64,000 nt of DNA from a virus, in IMG/VR virus record IMGVR_UViG_3300049043_000117, positions 1 to 64,000 of that record. One strand, given 5' to 3'. Position 1 is the first letter of the stretch, and each line of letters starts with the position of its first letter. Positions 1 to 11,207 of the stretch are shown here, piece by piece. The translations under genes and the position numbers were made by a program. Below the pieces are notes generated by a model. That model did no database searches. It was not told the DNA's origin and worked only from the letters and a program-made list of their open reading frames with translations.

Positions 1-149
1 TGCTTCCACGTTTAGGGATGAAGGGGTTGGCTGATTGCGATGTATGGAGGCTAATTGGTCCTACCCCTTGCCCTTTGCCATTTTTCCTCCATGTTGGTGG
101 TCTATTTGCATATACCTAAGCTCCAATGTGTATTAGTTGGACACATTAT

Positions 150-650
150 CATAGAACACAGATGGCGTTTGATTTGGTTAATTTCATTGTACTCTGGTGT
201 TAACCATTTAAAATCATCATGCAAATGTAGCAAGCTCATCATCGTCCCTTCTACCTTGACTTCTCAAACCATTTGCATTTTCTAGCCATAAACCATATGG
301 AATAGGGCTTCTCCCCATTCTTCATGAACAATCTGGCTTCCTCATTGAGGGACATTAACTTCCCATTGGTCATGCCAGCGAATAAGGAGATGAGGTGACC
401 CACATGTCAAAGGCATTTGATAAATGACTTATTTGCACTTGGTACTCCTTAGTGAGGATTGAAGGATGAGGGTCTGAGCTTTTAAGGTCATCATATGTGC
501 CTTCACACTTTTGGTGAACAATATTTGTACCCCCATTTCAATCAACACAGCATTTGCATATCTAGACCACAAGACCCAATTATCATTGTTCAAGTTAATG
601 GGGTCAAGTTTTGGTGTGAGTTTCTGAGAGGTGGGTGCATGCATAAGCAT
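150..650 (-). mobile_element. Degenerate Ty1/Copia-type LTR retrotransposon gag fragment (eukaryotic)
   Basis: Minus-strand translation across frameshifts gives LNNDNWVLWSRYANAVL...AQTLILQSS-KEYQVQISHLSNAFDMWVT-ISLFAGMTNGKLMSLNEEARLFMKNGE...LTPEYNEI, the pattern of Copia gag (N-terminal LxxxNxxxW plus UBN2-like region). Region is CpG-poor. Confidence 0.6.
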
Positions 651-767
651 AGCTTGGAGGAAACATCCCAACACCCCTCCCAGTCCCCAAAACTATGTGG
701 CATACCGGAGAATGCAGATGAAATCAGGAGGGCCTGAATGGGGACCCCCTGGATTCCAACCACCACC

Positions 768-880
768 CTGGAGGACCACCCCGGAGGACCACCCCGGAGG
801 GCCCTGACCCTTGAGGACCACCACCCCCAGGAGGACCACTGCCACCTGGAGGACCACTGCCACCCTGGAGGACCACTGCG
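768..880 (+). repeat. Minisatellite of GGAGGACCAC(C/T) units (Gly-Gly-Pro-like)
   Basis: About 6 copies of gaggaccac at irregular 12-30 bp spacing. Confidence 0.85.
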
Positions 881-2075
881 ATGGGGCCCTGAAGTGGAAG
901 CCGTTCAGAGATGCCTGCATCTGGCTGTCAGAAAGAATGAAAGCGCAAGTGAGACATGTGGGTGTATCTAAGCTCCAGGCTTGTGAACATACAGAGCAGG
1001 TGGTAACTCGGGTGCACTAGCTTGCTCCTCTATATGTAAACTGGGGCACATACCTGTAAGAGGCTAGGGATGCAGACAGGCATGCTCCAATATACACAGG
1101 ACTTATACAATAGCATACTGGCCTAAAGTTGCTTGAGAACCGACCCTGAAAACTGCTACAGGAACTGCACAGGAAACTGCATGGGAAAGCTGCCCAGGAA
1201 ACTGTCCTAATACTGCATGGGGTTACCTTCCCCAGGTGGGACAGCTGGGTACTCAGTGTGGGTCACCGTCCTCTGAAGACCTCTCCCTTTCCCCCGAAGC
1301 CCGCTGGGTGGAGGAAGAGCCCATGGCAGAATCTGAACAGCGTCCTTTCATCCCTGTACAGTCATCCCAACAGGTGTCAGGAGAGGCCTTGAGGTATCAC
1401 TTATATCTTGTAACTACAGGCACATTTGTGCCTCCCTCTAAGTCACCATCAAAGTCGAAATCATTGTCTTCTGGGTAAGTTCGTAATTCACTAGGAGAAG
1501 TCATTAGAGCAAGCAATATAACTAAAGCCCTTAAAGGATCTATGATTGCTATAGTATCTTATGAAAGGCAATTGCCAGAAACCCGGAAAAACAACAGCAA
1601 CACAAAGGATTGATGGATCAAAATACTTTCATGTTCTTGGCTGCAAAATAAAGAAAAATATTTCTAAAATACCAGCAGCCAAAACAAAGTACTTCTGATA
1701 GATCAAAGATGAAACAAATGCAGAGTACGCTTCCGACGATGAAGAATATGGCAGCCAACAAAAGGTCAAGTGGTAGATCACAGTAAAAATAAACTTTTGA
1801 CGAGACGATCAACGATACGATCCGGATAGAAAATATTCAGCAAAAACTTAAAGCTTCTAAACCCCAACTTCACATGAAATAACAACAACCAGAAAGGTAG
1901 GTTGAAGTCTGATAAGTTTAGGATAGAGAAGAAGTCCGTCGCCGCGTAGGTCCCGCTTCAAAGTCCGTCAGATAGCAGAGAAAACGCAACCTTCTATCGC
2001 CGATACCATTCTTTCGTATGGCATCAACGCAAGCAAAATAAATACTTCATGCAATTCATATTTCAGCAATGCAAG

Positions 2076-2348
2076 CACCTACAAGCAGCGTCGAGATCCA
2101 TTAGCATAAGGGACGGACAGATTTAACGATGCCAACAAGTCACACGCAAGGACTTCACGAAGGCAAAGGAGACTTTAGATCACTGAGTCTATTACAAAGG
2201 CAAATCAAATGCTAACTATGTACATACTCACTCACCTACAAGCAGCGTCGAGATCCATTAGCATAAGGGACGGACAGATTTAACGATGCCAACAAGTCAC
2301 ACGCAAGGACTTCACGAAGGCAAAGGAGACTTTAGATCACTGAGTCTA
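2076..2348 (+). repeat. Exact 116-bp direct repeat (2076-2191 and 2233-2348), period 157 bp
   Basis: cacctacaagcagcgtcgagatcc...gatcactgagtcta occurs twice, identical by eye. Confidence 0.95.
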
Positions 2349-2469
2349 AAGTCTTTCTGGACATCCCTGTGCCTATATGAACCTGAACTCCGTTGATCCG
2401 AAGGGATTCGACGGAATTACACGAGGATTTGACGACCTACGACAACTACGCCAGAAAACCCTCGAGATC

Positions 2470-2920
2470 AGCTCCGCTTGCCCGTGAGCCATACAGATAA
2501 GCCTTAATGCACTTAATTGTCCTATATATAAAAGCTGGCGTTGATTGATGCAGTGTGGAGTGTGCTCCACGTAGGTTGCCGACCTCTAAATACCGCCAAC
2601 TACGTCGACACACTCTGTACTGCTCCGTTTGCCCGTCAGCTTAACAACTAAGCATATAATGATGAAAGACACCTATGTGCCAAATCTGGCGTTAAATGAT
2701 GCAGTGACGAGCATGATCCACGTAGGGTTGCCGACTTGACGGAACTACGTGGATACGTGTCGACACACAAGGTATAGATCCCGCCTTCCTTGTATAAGCC
2801 TAAAATGAGGAAAGAAGCCTAGGTGTCAAATCTGGCATTTATTGGTGGAGTCTCGAGTGAGATCCACGTAGGGTTGCCGACTTGACGGAAATACGTTGCC
2901 ACGTGTCGACACACAAGACA
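2470..2920 (+). repeat. Three degenerate ~150-bp tandem repeats (satellite or LTR-like)
   Basis: Recurring blocks ctggc(g/a)tt, tccacgtagg(g)ttgccgac and gtcgacacac near 2566, 2717 and 2863. Confidence 0.8.
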
Positions 2921-3076
2921 TGGATCACAAACCTTATCAGACACATGGAGCGACTTTGTGGTAGAGTTCAACGTACAGAAATCTTTCAATTGCTTCACTT
3001 TGGAAAAGCTAACGTTGACGACGAGCCGGAGACGAGGGGAACACTTGGCGTTCCCAATGGCTTCCCACATGGCCTT

Positions 3077-4163
3077 TCCAAGTCTCAAGTTCAGTGCGAA
3101 GACGACCTTCAGACTTCAGATTTTCATAACGATTTGAAGCTTTCTTCTTCCACCAAGTTACAAGGTTATCAAAAATGAAACTCATCGTCGTTCTGAGCGA
3201 GGGCGAAGAACTTCTTCCTGTCCGAGAATAACTTCACGAGCATATCTCAAAACCATAATCGGAAATATAAATCTCTTCTGTTCAGTCAGATTTTTTGCAT
3301 TTGCAATCGCAGTCTGGAACTCCGCAACCTTTTGAGAAGGTAGCTTTCTGATAATTGCGATCATTCCGTTGTTGAGTCTTGAGTTTCCCGATGGATGCGT
3401 CCTCCTTCACCAGACTCTGATCGTTGTTCCTCTGAATAAACCATTTGTTCAACTCCTGGAAGATTTCATCATGGGCAGAGGAGTAAGATCACTTTGAGTT
3501 GACACCCTTGTACCTCATATAAGGTTTCAAACCATCATACTGAGATGAGGCTTGGTAGAACCATAAAGAGAGGTAGTCTCAAAAGAACAAATATCTGATC
3601 CATACTTCTTATCTAATGTTTCACGAGCTGTGTGAGAACAACAAAGGAGTGCAAGAAGTTTGCCTCCAGATAATTAAATCCGAAAGGTTGTGTGGGAACA
3701 ATAATGAATCCCATAATTGCATGACGATTGAACCTAGACAACTCAGGAGTTTGTCCAAGCCAGATCATTACGAGGTTTAGAGTTGATTGTAGGAGAACCG
3801 AAACGACAGAAACCAACAATCTTCTGTGTATTAGTTTCCTGTACAATCCATTTCAAAGACTTACCTGGAATACTATCTTCAATCGCATGAGAGGTAGTAA
3901 TCTGAAGTCTTTCATTAAAATATTCATTTGTAAATCCACCCTTCTCTCCTGCAGGATAAACTTTAAAGTTCATGTCCTGTGGGTGCATGTCAAATGCATC
4001 AAACATATCATCTTCTGGACCAAGCCCAAAATAGATGAAGGCATTTGTTCCATTCTTTCAAGTTTAATATTACGCAGGTATTCATGAATTCTTCCATGTT
4101 AGAGAAGTAATCAATGAATTGATCTGCCTGCGTTAAACAGCAATCATCAAGTTCTAGTTGCAT
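3077..4163 (-). CDS. Conserved T4-like cyanophage protein, DUF4338/DruA-like; 3' end cut at the junction
   Basis: Stitched ORFs: IPGKSLKWIVQETNTQKIVGFCRFGSPTINSKPRND-WLG...IVPTQPFGFNYL...FETTSLYG...SSQYDGLKPY...WWKKKASNRYENLKSEGRLRTELETW. Confidence 0.65.
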
Positions 4164-4164
4164 A

Positions 4165-4460
4165 TCAGAGAATCAGTTTCTTTTCTGCGGGGGTAACAAG
4201 TTTACTCCCATAAATTTCATTATACTTGTTTTTAACTTGTTCCTCAACTTCTGCAATATAAACAATATGATGTTTTGCAATAATAAGATCGGGGATTGAC
4301 TTATTAATCACAGAAGCCCAAGAGCAAATCCGACCGTACCATTTGGTGTCGGAAGAACTACAAGTCCATTTTTTACGGTTACGAAGTTGGCATCTTCAGA
4401 AACAAGTTCTGCAACGACTTCTTCACCAGTTGCAATACGAAATAGTTTTACATTAATCAT
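4165..4460 (-). CDS. Conserved small phage protein downstream of gp44
   Basis: MINVKLFRIATGEEVVAELVSED...KNGLVVLPT...GSKLVTPAEKKLIL, one frameshift. Confidence 0.7.
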
Positions 4461-5415
4461 TTAAATTCACACTCCACCATAATTTCAGTTAACGCTGCCA
4501 AGAATATTCACTTCCTGGTCAGTCACGAAACGCACATTGGTATTGATACTTAGCAATAATAAGAACGGCAGCAGGAATAGTTTGGGGTGAAGAACCAATC
4601 AGTAAGCGCGTCATAAACCCTGCGAAGTAGACTACTAGCATCGTTGTCCAGGTTGCCCGACCACCCACTTTCGGACTTCAGTAAAGTTTTTAGTTTTGAG
4701 ATGTTTAACAAGTTCATTGACATTTACATCAGAGAAATTCAGCAAGAATTGCCAGAGTCAATCTTCCCACCCGCAGAGTATCGTTGACACTCATTTAGGA
4801 CTCGTCACAAGTCGGGGAAGTGTTTGTTGATGAGTTCTGCAAGAACTTTAGGATCGTATTGTACGCTTCTTCATCCAAGATGTTCTGTAGTCGCTTGAAG
4901 AATGCTCCTGCAAGTTGAGCTTTTCTTTCCCTTTGATACTGAACTCAACGACTGCACATCGGGAGTGGAGAGGTTCGATGATCTTGTTCTTGTAGTTGCA
5001 AGTGAAGATGAATCGGCAGTTGTTATAAAATGCCTCAATATTGAGCCGTAGAAGGAGTTGAACGTCGTGGGCTGTGTTGTCACTTCATCAATGATGATGA
5101 CTTTGTGTTTTGCATCACCCGCAGAAAGTGAGACGGTCGAAGCAAAGTTCTTTGCTTGGTTCCGTACCGTGTCCAGAAATCGTCCTTCGTCAGATCCATT
5201 GATGACATAATAATCTGCTCCTAAGTTCATTCACATAAGTACTTTTGCAACTGTGGTTTTTCCGCATACCTGGAGGTCCAGCAAGCAGTAAGATTTGGAA
5301 TTTCTTTCTTCTTTAGAAACTCCTAAAAAGTTTTTTTAGTTTGCATCTGGGAGGATACAATCTTCGATTCTTGCGTGGGCGATATTTTTCTCCACAAAAA
5401 TTCATCACGACTCAT
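4457..5415 (-). CDS. gp44: Clamp loader large subunit (RFC-like AAA+)
   Basis: MSRDEF...EKYRP, Walker A G-GKTT, INGSDEGRFLDTVRNQAKNFAS, KVIIIDE, PLHSRC, C-terminal EIMVECEFK. Confidence 0.93.
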
Positions 5416-5418
5416 AAT

Positions 5419-5673
5419 TCAAAAAGAAATTTCAATAAGTTTTACCAACTCAATAATAGCAAAAAAAGAACGAATGGTCATCATATCCCACATTCTTACT
5501 TTGTAGAAGTATGGAAACGACAAAAGGTTCCCAAACAACCTAAAATAAATTCCAAGTTGAACACTATTAAACAGAATTACAGCATACCCAAAAATAAAAA
5601 ATGCATTTCCAATAATCCTCAACCAACTCAATCTTGGATATTGTGGATGTATAAATTTATCAGTTGAACTCAT
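5419..5673 (-). CDS. Small hydrophobic (membrane) hypothetical protein
   Basis: Intact 84-aa ORF with hydrophobic stretches, packed tightly between its neighbours. Confidence 0.7.
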   Translation of the reverse strand: MSSTDKFIHPQYPRLSWLRIIGNAFFIFGYAVILFNSVQLGIYFRLFGNLLSFPYFYKVRMWDMMTIRSFFAIIELVKLIEISF

Positions 5674-5676
5674 ATG

Positions 5677-6194
5677 TCATATCCATTCAGGTTTGCGTTC
5701 TGGCATACGAAGATAATTAGATGCAACCCAAGGTTTAGATGCGATATACATCTTGTAAGCAGTAAAAGTGTCAATGCTTGTCATCAAATTTATATTCATC
5801 CGGCATTGCACGAGCAAAAGGAGTTACTTCCGTAATCTTTACCTTTGGGAAACAAATAATATGCACCAAGAAGAGTATTATAACACGAATGTATGTTTAC
5901 CATATCGTAGATGTATACTCATCACACAGATTCATACCATGTTTAATCAACCAATAGGCATTATGAATACTTTCGAATGCCCATTTGAGTACATGGATGA
6001 TTCCGGAATGCACCTTTTTCAGTCGCATATGGAGTTTCATCGGACTTATGAAAGGTGCCATAATTATGATACCATTTTTAGATGCCACAATAGAAAGCAT
6101 TTGACAACACTCAAGTGGCATTTTCACAATATGTTTATCTGGGAGTACAAATTGCACTTTCAGCAGGAAATGGGTTAGTAACAAAGATATTCAT
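5677..6194 (-). CDS. Pyrimidine-dimer DNA glycosylase-like (DenV family) protein
   Basis: MNIFVT...DKHIVKMPLECCQMLS...GAFRNHPCT-WA...HGMNLCDEY...PFARAMPDEYK...AYKMYIASKPW...PEWI. Confidence 0.7.
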
Positions 6195-6205
6195 AGTATA
6201 AAAGA

Positions 6206-6774
6206 TTAAAGTTTAATCCAATTTTTCCAAGTTGGGGAACTTGATTTTACTCTTGCTCTTGCACAACTATAACTTATACTGTAGTAATTAGCAACTTCTT
6301 CTAGACCAGTAAAGTAAGTGTCCTCAATTAAATATGTTTGTTTTTTTGATTGACTTATACTTTTACCTCTAATTAAAAGAAATTGTTTATCATTTTCAAG
6401 TTCTCTTATTTTTTAAATCTTTTTTCTACAAGTTCTTTGGAGTGTTTTTTTCCAGTTAAACTTTGTCTCATTTTTTCAATTGAGTTTTCAGTTAATCTAA
6501 TTTGTCCTCCAGGAAGAATATTGTAATAGGGTTTAAGTAGTATCTATGTAATAGATTTCTCTTTCGTTTAATTCGTTCTAAATTCCTAGCAGTATCTAAA
6601 ATTTCAATAATAAAATTTTCTATTCCATACTTTCGCATAGCAGTTATGAAGTTTATATCCACTACCACGAATAGACATTTCTTTATGTTTCCTAAATCTA
6701 TAATCAATATTTTTTATAGTTTGACCTACATAAAACTCTTGAGTTTGCAAATTAGTTATTTTATAGATGAACAT
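6206..6774 (-). mobile_element. Free-standing GIY-YIG (Seg-like) homing endonuclease with NUMOD3-like motif
   Basis: MFIYKITNLQTQEFYVGQT...RFRKH...MRKYGIENFIIEIL...YN...SIEKMRQSLTGKKHSKE; AT-rich insert downstream of gp45. Confidence 0.85.
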
Positions 6775-6777
6775 AAA

Positions 6778-6817
6778 AAGTATCCTATTACATTATTATT
6801 TATAAAATAGGATACTT
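6778..6817 (-). promoter_or_regulatory. 12-bp stem hairpin masking the endonuclease SD, with a late promoter TATAAATA in the loop
   Basis: aagtatcctatt (6778-6789) pairs with aataggatactt (6806-6817). tatttata at 6797-6804. AGGA on the minus strand lies 8 nt before the ATG at 6774. Confidence 0.75.
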
Positions 6818-7522
6818 AAAAATCATATCATATTGACTGTCAGGTTCTAGTGCGATACCAGTATTTGAGGTTTTTATCTTCAGATTGGAAACGAGACAGG
6901 AGTTTTTGGAGATCACAACCTCATAAGAACCAGGAAGAATCTTAATGTTCTCAACTTTGAAATTCAGAACAAAAGTACCAGTCAGTCTCACCCACAACCA
7001 GACGAATATTCATTGGAAGTATCGTTCTTCTTATCACGAACCACCAGTTTCACCACACCCGCTTCACCAACCACAGAAAGGTCAGGAACACCGATAAACT
7101 CCTAGCAGCCTTGAGGAGTTTATCCAGTTGTTGAGTATTCAGTTCAAAACAAACATCCTCAGAAGGAAGAGAGATGGATTTCTCAGGGGGAGTCACGATA
7201 CACTGCAGGATCTGCAAAGAAATACTTGGATCGTGCACTTACCTTCACTGATTCCCACATAACTATCGTTAGCGAATTTCAGTTGAGGGTTCTGATAGAG
7301 GGACATTGCATTCAGGAACTGATTCAGATCGTAAATACCGAAGTCGCGTTCAAATTCCTCTTCAACTTCTACTTCTGCAAGAATATTCTTCATCACAGAG
7401 ATAGTACGAAGTTTATTACCTTGCTTGAAAAGAATAGACTGGTTGATACCAGAGAAGTTCTTGAGAAGAGAAAGAGTTTTTTCAGAGAGTTTCATAGATG
7501 TATCTTTAAGTTTCATGATCAA
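6800..7522 (-). CDS. gp45: Sliding clamp
   Basis: MKLSEKTLSLLKNFSGINQSILFKQG...FGIYDLNQFL...FKVENIKILPGSYEV...IALEPDS. Confidence 0.93.
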
Positions 7523-7939
7523 CGGAATTCAGTGAGGCCATTGTTTTGACGGGAATAGTGTCCATCAAAGTGAAGCAGAAGCATTGCGTAGTGAATGACT
7601 TTCAGAAGATCGCGTTTGTTACGACCATCCTTGTCACCATAACGACTTCCATATTTCAAGATATTTCCATGGCAGAATCCAGTAGCAAGATCCTTTGCAT
7701 CCATTCAGATCAATCGTTTGAATACCTTTGTATTCTTGATTGTGACCACAATAGTGACTACCATAAGTACTAGTCACATAATCCTGAATATCTTTCAGGA
7801 TTTTATCTTCATTATATTTCCAAAGATGATTTTTGGGACTTTCACTCATACGGGGATACATTTCCAAGTACAATTTGATCGGAACCACCTGGAGAGATGC
7901 GTAAATCGATAGTCTGAAATAGGGTAGTACTCGTTCCAT
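7519..7939 (-). CDS. DUF3310-like protein (T7 gp1.7-like nucleotide kinase family)
   Basis: WKYNEDKILKDIQDYVTSTYGSHY...QTIDL...GFCHGNILKYGSRYGDKDGRNKRDLLKVIHYAMLLL. Confidence 0.65.
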
Positions 7940-7940
7940 A

Positions 7941-7972
7941 ATAAAAGGGAAGGTCATAAGTTTTACCTTCCC
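7941..7972 (-). terminator. Hairpin followed by a U-tract downstream of the CobS-like gene
   Basis: Minus strand gggaaggt-aaaacttatg-accttccc-tttt. Confidence 0.55.
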
Positions 7973-7996
7973 CAATTATATCAGAAAGGTGGACTT

Positions 7997-9099
7997 CTAT
8001 GAACAACTCTGTTCAGTAGGCATTTGGAAGTCTGCATCCACTTTGTCATAAAGTTCAAGGAACGATTGTTTGGTTTCATCATCAAAGCGATTCACACACA
8101 CTTGGATTGCCTTGGCTTTATCGTTGAAGATGGAGTAGGCACGGATGATGTGAACCAGACGACGGGTACTGATGATTTCCTCAATACCACCATCATAGAA
8201 AGTCTTACGGATGATATCCAGCCCAGTCAGCAAGCACTTGCAGAAGTTGGAATCATCCACTCCGAGAGTTTGTGCAACTTTATCAAGGATCTTGACTTCA
8301 TTTTCGACAGAAGGGTACTCCTGTTCAAAGGTCACAGGAAGCGTTCAAGGAATGCTTCGTTCAGAACATTGGTGCCGATAAAGCGACCATCATCCGAACC
8401 CTTACCTTTGGTGTTTGCAGTGGCGACCACATTGAAACCAGACGGCAGGTTTCACGAAACGACCGATCTTCTTCAAGAAGACACCCTTACCTTCCAGAAC
8501 AGATTGGAGACACAGGATCTTATTGGATGCAAGGTCAATCTCATCAAGAAGCAGAATTGCACCACGCTCAAGTGCACTTCAATCACAGGACCATTGTGCC
8601 ACGCAGTTTCACCATTCACTAGACGGAAACCACCAATCAGGTCATCCTCATCGGTCTCAATAGTGATGTTGACACGAATCAGTTCCCGACCCAACTGAGC
8701 GCAAGCCTGTTCAACACCGAAAGTTTTACCATTCCCAGACAAGACCAGTGATGAAGGTAGGATAAAACAGACGAGATTGAATAATTTTTTTAATATCATT
8801 AAAGTTACCAAACTTGACGAAGGTATCATCTTTCTCAGGAATAAGGTTTTGGTGAACTTCAGGAAGAACAGCAACATTCTGGAACGAACGCTCGATCTCT
8901 TGAACCCGTTCTTGAGTGACTTCCAGATTCCAACGACCACGAGAAGTCTTGAAGTTCTCAAGACGGCGAGTAACGGTAGGATAGGAAAGGTTGTTCATTT
9001 GCCACGATAGGCTTCGACATCACCAGAAGTGATATCAGAACCATAAGCGGACTTAAGACCTTCCAGAATTTGATCGTCGTTCATTTGGAGGCGGGGCAT
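7997..9099 (-). CDS. cobS: CobS-like MoxR-type AAA+ ATPase
   Basis: [89 protein letters not shown]. Confidence 0.9.
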
Positions 9100-9184
9100 G
9101 ATGTGGTGTGTTTCTCAACTGAAGCCATCAATACACTAAAAAGGGGACTGCAAAACCAGGTGTGTAGGTTTCCGAAGTGGCCAT
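9100..9184 (-). promoter_or_regulatory. Putative phage early-promoter element upstream of cobS
   Basis: ggccacttcggaaacctacaca...gtattgatggcttca...gaaaca resembles the element upstream of the CobT-like gene (15836-15925). Confidence 0.5.
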
Positions 9185-10590
9185 CTACAAAATGTCTTTG
9201 ACTTTACCGCACAAATCTCTATTCCAAGAAATCACAAATGAAAATTTCTATTTCTGGATCAACAACATATAAAGAGGACAAACATCTTTGTTGTGAAGAT
9301 TGGACTTCTACATGACCGTATAAAAATGTTGTAGCATCTGTGGAAAATATGTTTGATAGATTGACAAATTTTTTACCCTTTCCAATAAAAATGTTTGCGA
9401 ATTTTACCGGTTCTTTGTATAGATCCACGGCAACAAATTTTACTTGTGTGTTTTTAAAAGTTTTCCAATATTTAATAAAATTTTCACGTCCATCAAAATG
9501 GTGTATTAGTTTTTTGTATAGAGTCAAAAAAGAATAATCTTCGACATAATTGTGACTATTTTTACCCAACCAAGTAAAGTAATCCCTATCTGGAAAACTT
9601 CTAATACAATCAATTAAATTATTACCTCTCCAACTATGAAAATGTTTATACCACTGTAAACTTTTTATATTGAAATCATAAACAATTATTTTACCATTTG
9701 GACTTAACTTATTATTTTTAAAAATATCAAACATATTTGAATCCACTTGCAGTATTAACGACTAGATCAAATTTACCTTCATTTTCTATGAACATTGTCT
9801 CACTGTTAAACAACCAAATTTGATCTTTTACAGATTTTATATCTGATATAATTTTAGATTGATTCCAATTTTGATTTTCGTATTGAGTTAGTGTTTTAAT
9901 ACTCTCTTCAAATCTATCAGTTTCATAATCTGGATAACAGTAAAACTTATTTGAACGCAAATTTTCATTCAGAGTAATGACAGGCCAACCACCCAAAAAC
10001 ATTGATTTTAAAAGTTTCCATCCTTGACCTGCATGAGATTGCATATCTTCTTTTCCAGTATATTTTACCCATAAAGGGGTATAGTCATGGTGAAAATTTT
10101 CAACACTTCTTTCCACTACTGGCAATAATTGTTCTCCAGTATAAAAATCTCCAAATTCTGGACAACCTACTTCTTTCCATGCAATAAGGTTTACTATAAA
10201 AAATTGATTATGCAATTCCAACCATTCACCAGGTCGATATAAAGGATGAGCAGCACGCACCAAATTTATTCTCTTTTATAAATTCCCTAATCTCCTGATC
10301 AAAATTAAAACTTCTTAAAGTACACCCAGCAGACTGTACCGCACAAATATTCATATCCTCGACTTCAAGACTCTCTTCTAATATCTCGTGTATTTCATCC
10401 CCACAGATTATCTCAAAATTACCTCCAACTCTATTGAGATAAAATAAGAGTTGCACCTTTTACTTTCAAATACATTGAGAAATTATTGATTACATTTCTT
10501 TGATTGTACACCCCATAACATATTTTGTTTTCCCTTTTATCTAAGTTGATCAAATCGTTATCTGTTAATTTTGGCACTGATGTCCCCATG
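9185..10590 (-). CDS. Large hypothetical protein (~460 aa, stitched from four ORFs)
   Basis: ORFs 10431-10649, 10226-10456, 9727-10263 and 9219-9746 join across frameshifts (ELHNQFFIVNL, ERSVENFHHDYTPLW, VNLSNIFS). Confidence 0.65.
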
Positions 10591-11207
10591 AACAATAAAA
10601 TGATATCTTGTTTCAGAACTATTATTATAAACTGCATGGACATTTCCAATATCTAAAAAAAATCCAGTTCCTTGTTTAAAAGGAACTCTTCCCACTCTTC
10701 AAAATAAAAATTACATCCTTCAGGATTGTTAATTGCAATATTTAAAGGACCAAAAATTCTACCCTCACCATCAGAGTGAGGCATGATATATCACCAGGAT
10801 CCAATCTCATGATTCTCACTCTGTGATAGTTTGAATATCCCAACTTTTGTAAAAATTCCACACAAGTTGGAAAATATTCACAAACCTCAGTCCATTCATA
10901 ATCAGGTTCATCAACAAAACCATATTGTTCATAATTTTCTGTAGCATCTGGTCGTAACCCATGTAAAGTTAACGCTACCCAACCCTCATGCGAATAACTT
11001 AGATGTTTATCCTTCTGTCTATGTCCAACAAAAAGATGATCATTACTCGAATACACTCCTTGATGCATCTTTTCAAAATCATCCTCAAAATCTATTTGGA
11101 GATAAGGTCAATCGGATCCTATCAAATCAAAATCGGATGAAGGAACTGTTGGATTCCACTGATTCTTTGAATGAAAATTTTATAAATTGATTAAGTATTT
11201 CATTCAT
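10558..11207 (-). CDS. Aspartyl/asparaginyl beta-hydroxylase-like Fe(II)/2OG oxygenase
   Basis: GWVALTLHG...WTEVCEYFP...RVRIMRLDPG-YIMPHSD...LNIAINNPEGC...FLDIGNVHAVYNNSSETRYHFIVHG (HxD...H...R). Confidence 0.8.

Noticed and set aside
768-880. CRISPR-like repeat array
   Set aside because: The repeats are about 10 bp with short, related spacers; this is a minisatellite and no cas genes are present.
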